Shown here piece after piece: positions 14,382 through 27,800 of a stretch of 64,000 nt of DNA. Location: positions 5,394,001 to 5,458,000 of the forward strand of contig NC_134028.1 of the NCBI RefSeq assembly GCF_964204645.1, in the 5' to 3' direction. The translations under genes and the position numbers were made by a program. Under the pieces are notes generated by a model that was given only the letters and a program-made list of their open reading frames with translations, did no database searches and had not been told where the DNA came from. Source of the stretch: Tubulanus polymorphus (Eukaryota > Animalia > Nemertea). The first letter of the stretch is position 1, and each line of letters opens with the position of its first letter.

Positions 14382-17300
14382 GTAAGATTTAAACGACGAC
14401 CGGATTATCCATGCCCGGATTTAATCCGCTATAGAAAACTGGGATTTATTCATTCGTCGTATGCTCTGACAAGTGGTGATAAGTTTGATAAGTTTTTCGT
14501 GGAGTTATTGATGTTTTTGTGAGCGGTGTTTGAAAGTCGGATTGAATAACAACATATTTGGTGAAAGTTTTGTGGAAATCTCTTTATGAATGAGGTTGAT
14601 TTTTTGGAAGTTTTTCGTTAATTCTTCAATAGTTTGATTTCTAAGTTATAAAGTTCTGTATAAATAAGCAGCGAAACTGTGACTTTTAGAATCGCGAATG
14701 CAAGAAAAATATTTCAAATCAAATCGATTTATTCGTTGAAATAGGACAAATTTTTAGAATTTTTTCCCCATTTCATAGTGGAATATAAAATGAATATATT
14801 CACCGATTGTCCTGCGATGAATGACGATAAATTCATTATTCGCTCGGAATCAGAAGAGAATGACTAAATTAAGTCACAATTACTCGTCTGATATTTCATC
14901 ATTTAGTAATTATTTCGATCGAATTTCTATGAATCGACGAACGGCCGTAAATGGTGCCGGCGCCAGGCTGCACGAGGATGCCGCAATCAATGATTCAGTA
15001 TCCTGTACGGAAATCCGTGACTGTTTCATCATCGCGTTACCGATGTTTATCTTTTTCATGAAATTCGCGCGAAATCGAATTTTCGCGTTTTTTTTTTTTC
15101 GTCTCGAAGTCCGATGCGGCGTTTTCTGGAAACGATGACCGACGAATTCGCGGTGACGAATTCAAAAACCGACTGAAACTATATCATTCGTCGTCGGGTC
15201 TATACAATTCCGAACGATAATTGCTAGAAAATTGTCGCAATTGTTCGCGCGGAGAACATTTTATTCCGGCCATAGAACCATTTGAAATAGCGATCCCTAT
15301 CAGGTCTATAGGGTGCCGCCAGTCTGAATGGCCTGTCATGACGTTATCTCGACGATCTTTCCCTTTTGAATAATGCTCTTATATTCAATTTTTGGGGCGA
15401 CTATTCACTTTAAGTCGAATTTTCCTATGTCTGTCGCGGGTATTTGTTCGGCTGGGGGGCCCTGCGCGATCCTTATCAGATTTCCGAAATCTATAATTCG
15501 GCACGGATCGGATCGGATCGCGACTTTTGTGACTGGCACGAAATTGCGAAGGAAGTTTCAAATTGCTCCAATGGCTATAAATCATTGAGACGTTGAATCG
15601 GTATTGTCCCCGAGCAGCAATTCATGAAAGATATATATACGCACATTGACGTGCACAGAGACTAATCTGCAATTATAATTATTTAGACTATTTTACGGAA
15701 AAGAATTTTTCCCCTGTGTCGATGATGTCGAAATGACACACCAACCATTGTGTTGCGACGCGATCATTTTCGTGAATCACTTTTTCTAGTCGATCGAAAT
15801 GATTAGGATGCATGGGAATGCGTTTTTTAAGATGCTTTTGTCCCCTCGCTAACTTCCTACGTTAAACTACCTCCGGCGGTGGGGGTTCGCGAACGTGCGT
15901 ATGATTCCGAATCCTCCCGACAGAAGGCATCCCGGTTTTAGTTCTTCGCCGTGTATATGTATCCATCTCGGAAGCTGGCGAGAAGATGCGTATCATCTGT
16001 CAGTTCGGAGAGCGAGCATCTGCCTCCATTTATCTTGACTGAAACTTTCAGACTGGCGTGCCCCTACTGAGAGCTAACTGTATACATGTCATTAGTTGAG
16101 AAAATGTTAGTATAAGCCCGGTACTGAGGTAAACAGCTGGTTAGTCTATTAACCTCGCTGGTTGCGCTATGTATCAATACTTGCCTCATTCACCGCGCCG
16201 TGAATGTTTGTGTTTTTTTCCCTCAGTAACCGTTAAAAAGACAAAACACGATTATTTGTATCGACAGAAATGTTGCTGTCATGATGATGGTATTACCCCC
16301 ATATATATATATACATAGACCCCAGCTGAAATGATGGCTTTCATCACTGAAAATCGATACGCTGTATTATTTTCTACGCTGCCCTTTCAATTTTCGACAT
16401 CAAACGTAATTAATTGATGGAAATACCTCACATGGGGCTTTTTCTTTCAAGTTCGTAATGAGAAAAAGTCGCATTTTTCGCGTATTAGCGACTAGTCGAA
16501 TGTTGTTGGACAAAGTTTGGTCGCAACATTTGAAGCTTTCAGATGGATGAAATTTTTTCCATTTAGGCGGTGATCTTATATTCACAACCTGCAGGTTTGA
16601 GTTAGAATTTGAACATAGGGTTGAGTGCAATTAACTAGTTTTGGACTCCCCAATTGTGGAACTGGGTTCTATGGATTAGAGTGTTGAAAATGAACTATTC
16701 TTGGCTATAGTCTGTTCAGATTGTGAGGGTTGCAGTTTGAATTTGAATATAGGATTACGTATAATGGACTAATTTTGAGTTGACTCTAAATTGTGGAACT
16801 GGGTACTTTTGGACTAAAGAGTTGGAAATGAACTAATCTTGGCTTCACAGTTAAAATCTTACTCACTACGAAATCCATTTCATTACAAGATATATAAGGA
16901 GGCATTTGATTTTGTTAGCATATAGTTATTAGCAAAGTGATTATTTTTTGTTTTTCATCCCCCACAAAAAAACCGCTCTCCCCGAGGATGTAATGACTTG
17001 TGTTGTTTCCGATCTCTTATGATATTGAAAGCTATTTGGCGTTATTAACCGGAGTCATCTATAGATACACGTCGGGAATCGGTAAAACCGGTGACAACCG
17101 GGGCGTCGCATCGGGAAGAGACGTGTTAATTAATCTTACATGATACCCGACGACGATATCGTTTTACGCGGTGGTCACTTCGGGTATAATCCTACGGGCG
17201 TGGCACGCCGGAACTCAGATAATGGAATACGCAGCAATTTATTTTACCAGGGTTTCATCCCGGTGTGGTTCTTATATCGCTGACGATGCTACTGCCGCTG

Positions 17301-18769
17301 CAAATTAATATCTGGAATCACGAGTTCATAACTGTCTATATATAGACAGGTTGCTGTCAACTAGCGGACAATATCATTTCTGTATATACTTGTATCATCG
17401 CATCCATCGCCTCAGAACAAAAGGAGGAATCTCCTGTAGGATTCGCCTGCCGACAATTGATGTCGTTTCGCTTGAAATTAATTAGTTCCGTTGTCATTTC
17501 TCGATGGAATTACTATTGAAATCTCCTGTGTACTTATTACCTGTAGTTTTAGACAAGTTCGGAAAAAAAGATACCTAATTACGGAAGAAAATGTTTTCTA
17601 AACAAGCTGTTGAATTTTGCAAAGACATTTTGGAAAGACCTTCGCTGAAAATTTCCCTGATCAACTGGTGTAATAAATGAGTTATTAAGCAAACAGTTCC
17701 GGCAATAGCGAATAAGAAAATATCACATTTTTTGTTGCCAGATCTTGTGTGAAGTTCTGCAAATTCAAATGTTGGATTTATTTCCAGTAATTGTTCGTAG
17801 TAACAAGTTCCTTAATCCCCAGGGCTTAGCCGATCTTTTGTACTCGCATTCTGAAACTAAAAGCCAATACTTTCTCATCTAACATATAAGGATAATCCTT
17901 TTCAGTTGTGTTTGCGCTCAATATAAGGATTATAAAGATTAAGAAGTTAAGAGCGTTTGTTGCGTAATGATTATGGATTCACGTCTGCCCGAGTACTCTA
18001 CGAGTAGCCGGGTGAAATTTGTTACAACTCAAACATTCGTTTCTACGAAAAGGAGTTTTTGCCTGTGATTCATCAGCGGCGTTTAAGTCGAATCTGCTAA
18101 TCACTGACCAGATTGTTGCTAATGAAGATGATACATTCGAAACGTTGTATTTAGCTATTAACAACTGATCTTGTTTACACCTGGCATCCACACCCAGTAT
18201 CCATATCAACAGATCCACAGTATCCAGATACTTGGATTTGTTGTCACTGACTGGACTGGTGGAATTAAAGTTTTCGTTTATATATATCCAAAAAAAAACT
18301 GAGAAGTTGAAATTTATATTTGAATTCATGATGTACCAGTTGTAATGGGAAAATGTGCTCTCTGTGTCTTTGATTCAGTAGGAATTTATTCCGGCAGTTT
18401 GGGGTACAATATGTGTCTTTAGTGTAATATATACTTTCTCATAAGAAAAGTAGGGGCGGAATCTTGAAAATTTGAAAAGGGGTTGCACTTTTAATCAAAA
18501 GATATGTGATGAGCCCACAAAGTGGAAGGGGGTCTTTGAAAAATGGATACTTTTTGGATGGCCTTTAGTGAATTAAAAAAAACGAATCCTGGTTTTATTC
18601 CTTATATTTTGCCAATGTTTGCTTATTTTTTCAACCACGCTTAATCCATAAATCTCCATAAGTCCTCCTCCTGAAAACTGTTCACGCTACTTCAGAAACT
18701 AGTTAACCGTTAGTTCATCGATTGCTATGTAGATGGCAGCATCTTCCAGCGCGATGACTGACCGGACGA

Positions 18770-18863
<94 letters not shown>

Positions 18864-21800
18864 ACGCAGGTGTTAAACACTAGCCGCGAAAAATCAACGG
18901 ACCGTTCAACAATTACAGCATTAATTTTATCGGATAAGTACAACAAAGATATAAAAATGATAAGACACTCACTCACTCGCTCGTACAGGTGTACGTACAG
19001 GTGATGGGCTTATCGGTTGACTAAACATTCGCGCGGGGAGGAGAGCGCCGAGCAGAGAGAGAACGCCGCTTTTATTATAAGATTTAATAGCGTTTGAAAT
19101 CGATCGCGAATGATTTCATCTGTAAAATCTAACGCACGCTCTCGCGTAGCAGCAGCGGCGGCGCAAACTGTTCTATAATGATTCATCTATCGAGTATAAA
19201 TATATCACCGTTCACGTTGAAAGCCTTCTCGTCAAATAATCATCTTAATATTCTCGCGTGAATCCGGCTTCTTATCAGAATATTTGTCAGATTTCTATTT
19301 CCTTTGCAAAAACTATTCAGTTTTTTCTTGAAATCCCATGCGGAGCACTTGTCATCGTTTTTAATTTGAAGTTTCTCGGTGTTCCGATGTGAGGTGCGAT
19401 AATTTTTTCCTTTTATGTAAAGGTTTAGTTTTTTGTCATGGGAGAATACGTTGCCATTTTTGGCATTGAAAACTGCTCTTACTCTGAAGCCCAACAACAC
19501 ACATGACACTGGATAACATGGAAACATAGAAACACGGAATCAACATGTTTGATCTCAGGAACATTGTTTCCGGAAACCGTGTTTATTGTTTACCTTTAAA
19601 GGCACATGACACGGGGAAATGCTCGGAAACATGTTTCCGTCTTCTGTTTCCATGTTTTCCTACGTCGCGCGCGTTAGGCTTAAGCGACGGTTGACTCTTC
19701 TTCGAAAGTCGAAAGTTTCGTACTCGAGTACACGGTGGGAAAGAACGCTTTTTTGCCGACTTCGACGAAGTTATTTTCAACACAAAGATGATCGAATAAT
19801 CAGCGCGCGTAGGTAGTCGGACAAGTATTTTCAATGTCTAGTCAATTAGGTTCATTCGCGGCTAATGGTCGAAACATCGATTTCCAGATGTTGAACATCA
19901 TCTCGATACGGATTATAAAAAGACATCTCTTCCGATCGAGATCGTATTCTAGAAGCAGATGGTTTATTAGATGTTCAACACAGTTTTAATGATGTCGATG
20001 TGTTCTTTCCTCTCGTTCTCTCTGAGCGCGGACAGACCGTTCTCTGTATTACCATGCAGCTGTATGCGCATAATGCGAACACCTGGATATGTATATACGC
20101 TTATTAATCCTCTAAAACCCGCAAGATTGGATTAGAACGAAAGATCAAACGTTGTCGTAATTTCGCTAAATGATGTTTGTACCTATTTAGATAGATACGT
20201 TATAGTAACTAAAAGCTTCCAACTTTGTGGACGAAATGATTGCGTAATAAAACTCGGGGATTCATGTGAACTCGGATCGGATTGTAAACTAGATAAAGTT
20301 CATGTTGACATTCTACTCGTAAACAAGTCCATGAAATAAAACCCACTTCAAACAGATCACTTTGGGACAATAAAATCAACCCGGGTACGCTTATATTTTA
20401 AGTGGGCTGTAAATAATCTACGATCAAAAGAGGTTCTTAGCTGAATGCAATTTTTTTGTCCTTAGTTTACGTCGATTTTAGATTCTTCGGAGAAAATGTT
20501 GTTGAATTCTTTCCGAACTTATTGCCAGAAATCCCGCGGTCTGCGGCAACCAGCGTTCTGAACGAGAGAATCTGTTTTTGATCCGCCGAATCGGCAGGCT
20601 TGGATAAACTGTTTGTTTTTCGCACAGCGCTCGAACTCCTAGTTTACAATCCCTACTACTGCGGCGGCTGAATCACCGAATCGGGAATCGGGAATGTTCC
20701 ACCGGTCTGCTTCTTCAAAAACATGTGTTCGTTTTTATACTCGAAGGAGCGATTTTGTCCTCAGCACGTGCCAATGCTAGAGCTACAAGTTATCGGAAAC
20801 TTCGGCGCCTCCGAAAAACGCCTCGTGCGCCGAGGGCAAATTAGCTTTGTCAGTTCGATCAGTCGAGCGGAATAAGCTAAAAACTGGAAATGAAATTCGA
20901 AAGTTGACAAATCCCAACCTTATGTTCGAGAAATTGAATACTCCGACCCTCGTTGGAGGTCTCCAGATGTTCGAAAGTGTTTGATTGGATTTGCAAAGAA
21001 AACAAATCCTCATTGTAGACTTTAACTTATTAAAAAAAGGGGTTGTTGGAGAGAGATGCAAGCTGTTCGTGTTTAATTTACTTTTCTGTTCATGGTTTTG
21101 AATCCGCGTGATCGCCGAGTTTCTTGGTCTTAAGGTTCTTCTTAATTGGGATTAAGAAACCTGATCTTGATCAGTGGGTTGAGGGATGATAGAAAATCAC
21201 TTTTTGCCCGTTTGCCTGTAAAGAAATCGATTGCGTCATACCTAAGGTCCCCTGTTGTTGAAGACCCCCTGTTGTAGGGGGTGGAGTTTCCCCTGGATGG
21301 TATGACGTTAAGTATGCTAGATGGCTGGTTTCTGTCAGTAGTTCAGTATAAACTGCACCTGGTCTGTGTTTTATCAGTTACTATAGGTTGTGAGTGAGAG
21401 AGAGAGGCGGGAGGGGTAGATATAGTGCAGGTGTGTGTGGGCAAACTCTTACCTCTGATAGAGATTAAACTTGACTCTCTCTCATCTGTGAATCTGTATA
21501 GAGTACACTATTTACTTAGCCTTACTCGCTCATTAGATGTCCACTTGTTTCTGGGGATGTGTTAGTTTGTTCTGTACAGGAGTGAGAAACGTTTTACTTT
21601 GATATGTATTTCAACGGTTTCACAATCTGACAAGGAATATTATCACATAGAAATGGATAGTTATGAACATTTTTGAAAGTTTACGAAAAATGCGGGACGT
21701 TTGTTTGCTACGCGCGATAGAAGCCTTACACGAGGAACAATAATTTTCAATATGGCTGCTATACGACTAGTCGGAGGACTGTTATTGTTGTCGATAGTTA

Positions 21801-24800
21801 CTGATTGTTATGTTATTTATTCTCCCACAGGTGGCGACATTTTCAACCTGCAGCCGCAACCGCACGGCAATGAGGACGATGGTTTCGATATATTCGGGGA
21901 AGCGCCGTCGTTGCCCAGCGTCCCGACCGACGGCGAAGTCGTCTACGGATTACCGACGTTCGTACAAGACTTAGAAGACAGTTACTACATAGTGAAAAAC
22001 AAACCGGTGACGCTAACGTGCAAAGCGGCGCCCTCTATACAAGTGAATTTCCGTTGCGCCGACCGATGGATGGGTTCGAATCGCGTGACGACGTCGAAAC
22101 GCGTCGACCCGATCGCGAAAACGAAATATCTGCAAGCGTCGGTGGAGATTACGCGACAGGACGTTGAGTTGTACGACGGCAGCGAGGGATATATCTGCGA
22201 GTGTTTGGCGTGGAATATCATGGCCGAAGGCGAACCGGCTCGACATGTCAACGGACGCAAAGGATATATCAGAATCGCCTGTAAGTAATCAGTATAATCT
22301 AATGAATTCATTGCATTTGACAATTTTAGGTTCACATTTCCAGGTTCGAATCTGACTCTAGTATCAAAATTGGTAAATCAAGTAGATAACTGCATCACTA
22401 GTTATCCCACCAGATGGCGTGACGAGCACTCCAGTCCTCCATGGTCAAAATTAGTTCATTACCGATCAACTTTGAACTGAATCTATACATTATCACAGGA
22501 CCAACAAAATGAACATGAAATTCAGTGATTGATGTAGTTTTCATTAGAAATTCATTTAAGAGAAAAGTTTATTTGATTTTCACCGATGTAAAAGAAATTG
22601 AACATGGAAGATGTGAGTTACTACTAGCGAACCTGGTGGATCATCACTTGCCATGAGTGGAATCCTTGATTATCACTGTAGCATAGGAGTTTCCCCATCA
22701 TTCAACACTAGGGACAAGTCTCGAAAATGTGGAACTTGTGCCCTGGTGGTTAGGTTTGGCTTTATTTGTTAGGCATAGGGGTATGAGCTAGGTTAGGGCA
22801 CACTATAAGGGTAAGGGTCGTAAGGTAGGGTTTAGGTTCGATGAGGATTAAGATTACCAGTAAACATAGGTCACAAAAACATATGCTGGAGTTAAAGCTG
22901 GAGGAAGGCGCAAGCAATCAGATATTAGCTCAATCACTGATCCATTCTGAATAATTCTTCATCGTCAAACCTAAGAAATTCGTATATCATTCATCTTCCT
23001 CTTTGCACTTTCGAGTTCGTTATTATCAAAGACTGGCTGAAGCGATCTGCGATCTGAGGGGAAAAACTTGAGAATGTTTTGTCTGGGAAGTTCTCTGCTT
23101 GTTTAGGTGTATAGGAGGTTAATGAGAACTCGGAATAATACGCCGATGATCTGTATCAGTATTGAATGAGAGCTCGATCAAACGAATTCGTCCGCGTTTT
23201 TAGTTCCATCTGATCTTTTTTCGCTCATTCCTGATGATCGTCGTGTCCCGTTTTTTCGTATTCTGAACCACGGGAAATCGGCCCGCCGCCCTCCGCCATC
23301 CTCCGTAACGTTTTTCGATAATGATTCACTAATAAAACAGAAGAAAAATAGCCCCGATCCTGCGAACCAGTCAAACGATACCTGCAGTTATGGAAACACC
23401 CCTTCAGACTCGACGAAAGTGAAACGCTGTATAATAATTGGCTAAAAACTTGAAAACATTCGGTAGCCGTTCTAGGCTGGAGACGAAATGTCGCGATTCG
23501 AAACGGACGCTTATCGATTCGGAGCCGATGTTTTAACAGTTTTTTCACGGATGTTTTTTGAAAACTTGTTATAAACGTAAGTGTAAATCAATACGCCGAG
23601 TGCTCACTCGAAACAAGCCGATCCGGTTACCTGTTCTCGGCTGTGTCGCGAAACGATTGGTTGACAACTTCACACTCCTGCAGTCTCGTAACGGTGACGC
23701 AATAATTGAATTATTCAATCATCCAGCTGCTGCTAGTGCTGACTAATATTTCGGTATATTATACCTTAAAATATTAAGGCTGAAAGAAATAGATTATGAT
23801 TCATTCGTATCCACGTTTCTGTCAATTGGTTTAGGGGTAACAGTTCAACAGTCAGACCAGTCGAGGAGGACTGGCCAGACATTGGGCTTTTGTGACTGGT
23901 TTCAGGCGCAGATCAAGGGGCTAATTTTGAAGAACCTGTCACATCCCAAAAGGGCACTACGTTGTCCAAAAAGGCAGTATTAGGCCTCATGGTTCCAGCC
24001 ACACTCTTGATGGGTCCACAGCCCGATTGGTCCACAACCCGCACTCATTAAACTATGAACTATTCACAATCTACGACTGGAATTCTCAGTTTTCACGGGT
24101 GAATGAAAATGAAAGCGAATCAACGATTCTCGTTCTACTGTAAATTGCTAATTGTAAATCATTCTTCGTTAAGACTAATTACACTAGTACTTTCTCACCT
24201 GATAGAATTGAATTCCGCTCTGGGGTCAAGGGAGAGAGGGAGAGAGAGAGAGCAGTTATTGCCCGGTTGAAATTGTATTAAATCCAGATGTTCTTGTGGC
24301 AAATTCCACCTTACAGGTGGTGTTTCCACGAAATATTCTACCCTTTTAATTAGTGGTTTTGCGTCATTACTTTTAGACCTCCCAGACTCGTTATCAGGCC
24401 CTTATCAACGTCCTGAAAGGGGGATTAGACCCTGCATCCCCCCCCGGCAGAAACCCGGATGAAATGGTAGAAAATCTGTGTTAAGACCATGACTGGTTTA
24501 TTTAGCACCAATTTAAGCGATCACGCGAGCATTTTGGCCCATGTCACATTAGGTCCAGGCTAACCATTCTCGCGAGTGCCAATTTGGCCCGGGCCAATTC
24601 GTCTCACTGTGATCGCGGGCTCTAGATTATGGATTTATTTGTGGTTCTGATTGACCTGCATATTTTAGAATCAGTTACCAAGCACCATAGCAATATTGAT
24701 TGTTTTGACATAACGCAGAAGTTCCTCATCCATCCATCGGGTTAAACACTTCAACTTCGATGAGGTGACTATAAAGATTATGAGTAAACAAAATGCGCCG

Positions 24801-27800
24801 ATGATGAACTATTTGTCTATTTGTCGAGAAACTAATTCGAAGCGAAAAACGTGAAACGAAAAAAAAAATCCGAAATTCTCATCATTCGAATACATTAAAC
24901 AGATAGAATTGAGTTACTGTTGAAACGACGGGGTGAGATAAGCAACGTAATAATTTTTACGTCAAGATATTTGTAAACGTGTGATAACGTGAATCTGTAA
25001 AGTAGTATACTGCCCTGATATCTCTATAGATGACAGAGAGGGAGAGAGCGATATCTCTGTTTAAAACTTGAGGTATACATCTGCGAACAGTCTGCAAACA
25101 AACGAAGATAATTCGAATTCATTGCGAACTTGTCAAAAAAATACTCCTTCGCACTTTAAAAACTAAGTTCACTTTGTCCACGGATAGAGATGTTGAAATT
25201 TATACGCGCTTTTATGTGCTTTTTCTGAAAGAAATTTACTTAGAAATTCCGAACCGCTGGAAATTGATATGCAGAAAATTTGAACGAAGCCTATGAAAAG
25301 TTAGTTTTCTTGTTCGGAATCAGTTTCAATACAAACAAGCAGAAATTAGCTGCGTTAATGTGCGTAGAATATCTTTCGGCAAAAAAACGAAAGTTTGATG
25401 ATTTCTTTGTTTTACTATCTACCCTCATCTATCATACTATGTCGACTTAAGAGATAAAGTTGTCAAAATGGCAGCTGTTTTTTTTAGGAACTTCAGTTAG
25501 TTTTCGCCGTTGAGTGATTGACCTATGATCGATCAGTTTAAACTGTATGCATTGTTTTGTTTAGACTCATTACCTCCAATACCAATTACATGTAAAAAAG
25601 TTGTAAGAAAATATCATTTCTGCATTGGATAATGAATTCGACATAAAAACGCTTAAAAGTAGAGAACAAACAGGGCAGACGGAAACATGTTTCTAAGCGT
25701 TTTCTATGACCTGTGCATTGAGAAACAAGAAACATGTCAAACATGTTTTTGTATTATCACGTTTCCCTCCTTCATGTGCATTTGAGATTTCGAACATGCA
25801 TAAAATTTCGAACGGTTCAAGAACATTTTCGCAACAATATCTTGCGATATTCAAAATGGTGGGTAACACTTCAGCGAAATCTCTCTTCATTTTTAATGAG
25901 TTTACTTATCTAATTAAGTATCTTTTCTTAATGCATTGATTGTTCGGTTTGCGGCGCGTTATAATACATTAATGGGGTAACATATTCAGTGAAGTTGGAT
26001 TACGATCTGTTCAATGGCGGTAAATATTTAGAAGAAACTGGTTGAAGTGCGGGATGACTCAGAATATTTAATCGGTATCTCTCAATCTTATATCTTGTAC
26101 TCCGGAAGTTTTAATGGAACAAAGCCAGAATTATACCCCCCAATTTACTAATGAATCTTCCTGTCGGGTCATCTTTGTGCCTATTTACGCTATCAGAATT
26201 AATGGCATTGCCCCGAAACGACGACAATGACGGTGACGTCGTCGCGAGATGTTCGGGTTGAGGCGCGTAATAGCCGAATAGCCGCGGAGAAAAATCAGTT
26301 GTCAACAACGGAAAAACTTCGGCGACATTTTCTGCAACGAAGCTCGGTACGAAATTTATCTTAGTAGGAACGAGCCAATTTTGAGTCAAGTTTTAATACG
26401 ACTTTATAAAACCTCCGATCATACCAAGTTTTAACCAGAAGGTGAATTTTTGCTCGGACTATGGATCTCTTTGGGGGGGGGGGGGCGAATCCAGTTGGGA
26501 GCATGAGGAACACGTGCTTGCATGCCCTTTTCAAAAAATCGACAACAATTTTTGCATGCATAGGCCTACTCGAGACACAAAAAATACTTCATACGGATAG
26601 ACAAACAGATAATTTTAACTTTAGGAATCATGACTCTGCAATGATCAAGAAGAGACATTCATTTAGTCGAAGAACCTTTGAATGATGCAGCTAAAATCAG
26701 AGCTCGCGTTTTAATAATCCCTCTTTTGAGATTGTGTAGAAAATTTTCATTGTATTTCGAAGTCTAAGATGAAGGTGACTGCAGTTAATGAGAAGAGTTC
26801 ACTTTGAAGTTCGTGAATCACGATATGAGATTAAAACGCCGTAATTTTTGTTTTAATTCCCCTACCCCCTATCCCCCATTACTCACGCATTCATGTGGAC
26901 ATTGATTGTCTGTTTTCTATTGTTCTTCGCGTTGTTTAAAACATCAAATGATAAGCCGTTGATAAATCTGTCGGATTCAAAATTCAAAATCCAAAATCAA
27001 AAGTCGAAATTCACCCTGAAAAAACACGTTTCAATTTGAAAATCGTGTTTTAATGTCTTGGTACAGAAATTTTGCTGTTTCACTGCTCAAACTAATCACG
27101 AAATCTTAGTCTTTGACCGATTATCTGTTTCTTAGTTCTTGAAATCATCAGTTCTCATCAATCGTTTCATTAGAGATGGTTTACATTAAAACATTTTTTA
27201 AAATTCGTTTCTGAACTAGTTTGAGCGTTATTGCGTAAGAGAACGTGAGAACCACTATTCAAAACTTTCTTTCTACTCTTAACGAGGCTTTTCAAGAAAA
27301 TAGATTTTTTGACGCCATAAAAACCGTTAGAATAATGTATATATTGATAACTAGTATGCATTATTGAAGGGATTCTGGTGTGAGTTGATGTGTACTATTT
27401 CATCAATATGGGGACTTTAGTCAGGCAGTTCGTTTGCCGATATATTAAAATTCAAAATAAATCTATTATTAAACCTATAATATATGTGTCATTTTTCTTC
27501 AAGGCGTCAATAAACTTTCGAGTTAGTTTTTTTTGTCACAGTTTTTTTCCATACGGGCAGGATGATGAGTTAGAAGTCGTCTCTAAATACAGCGTTTCAT
27601 ATACATGGACAGTTCTGTTTTCATAGTGGAAAACTCGAACCGATCTAGTATTTTATCTGATTAAATTTCTCGCTTCGAGCTACGCGTGTAGGTTTACCGT
27701 TTATTTTGTATGAGAGCGAAACTGATGAAAACTGAGCCGCGCTCGATCTCAACCCGTAGATTAACTAGCTTTTACCGGCGGATTAATTGTGATTAATTTC

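Noticed and set aside
16590-16845. CRISPR-like or satellite array
   Set aside because: Only two diverged ~140-bp units related to a MITE; eukaryotic context, no repeat-spacer structure.
18725-18976. 83-aa minus-strand ORF with poly-RE
   Set aside because: Translation of the (CT)n microsatellite.
22745-22850. TTAGG/TTAGGG-like motifs suggesting an interstitial telomere
   Set aside because: Too degenerate and irregular; more likely part of a dispersed repeat.
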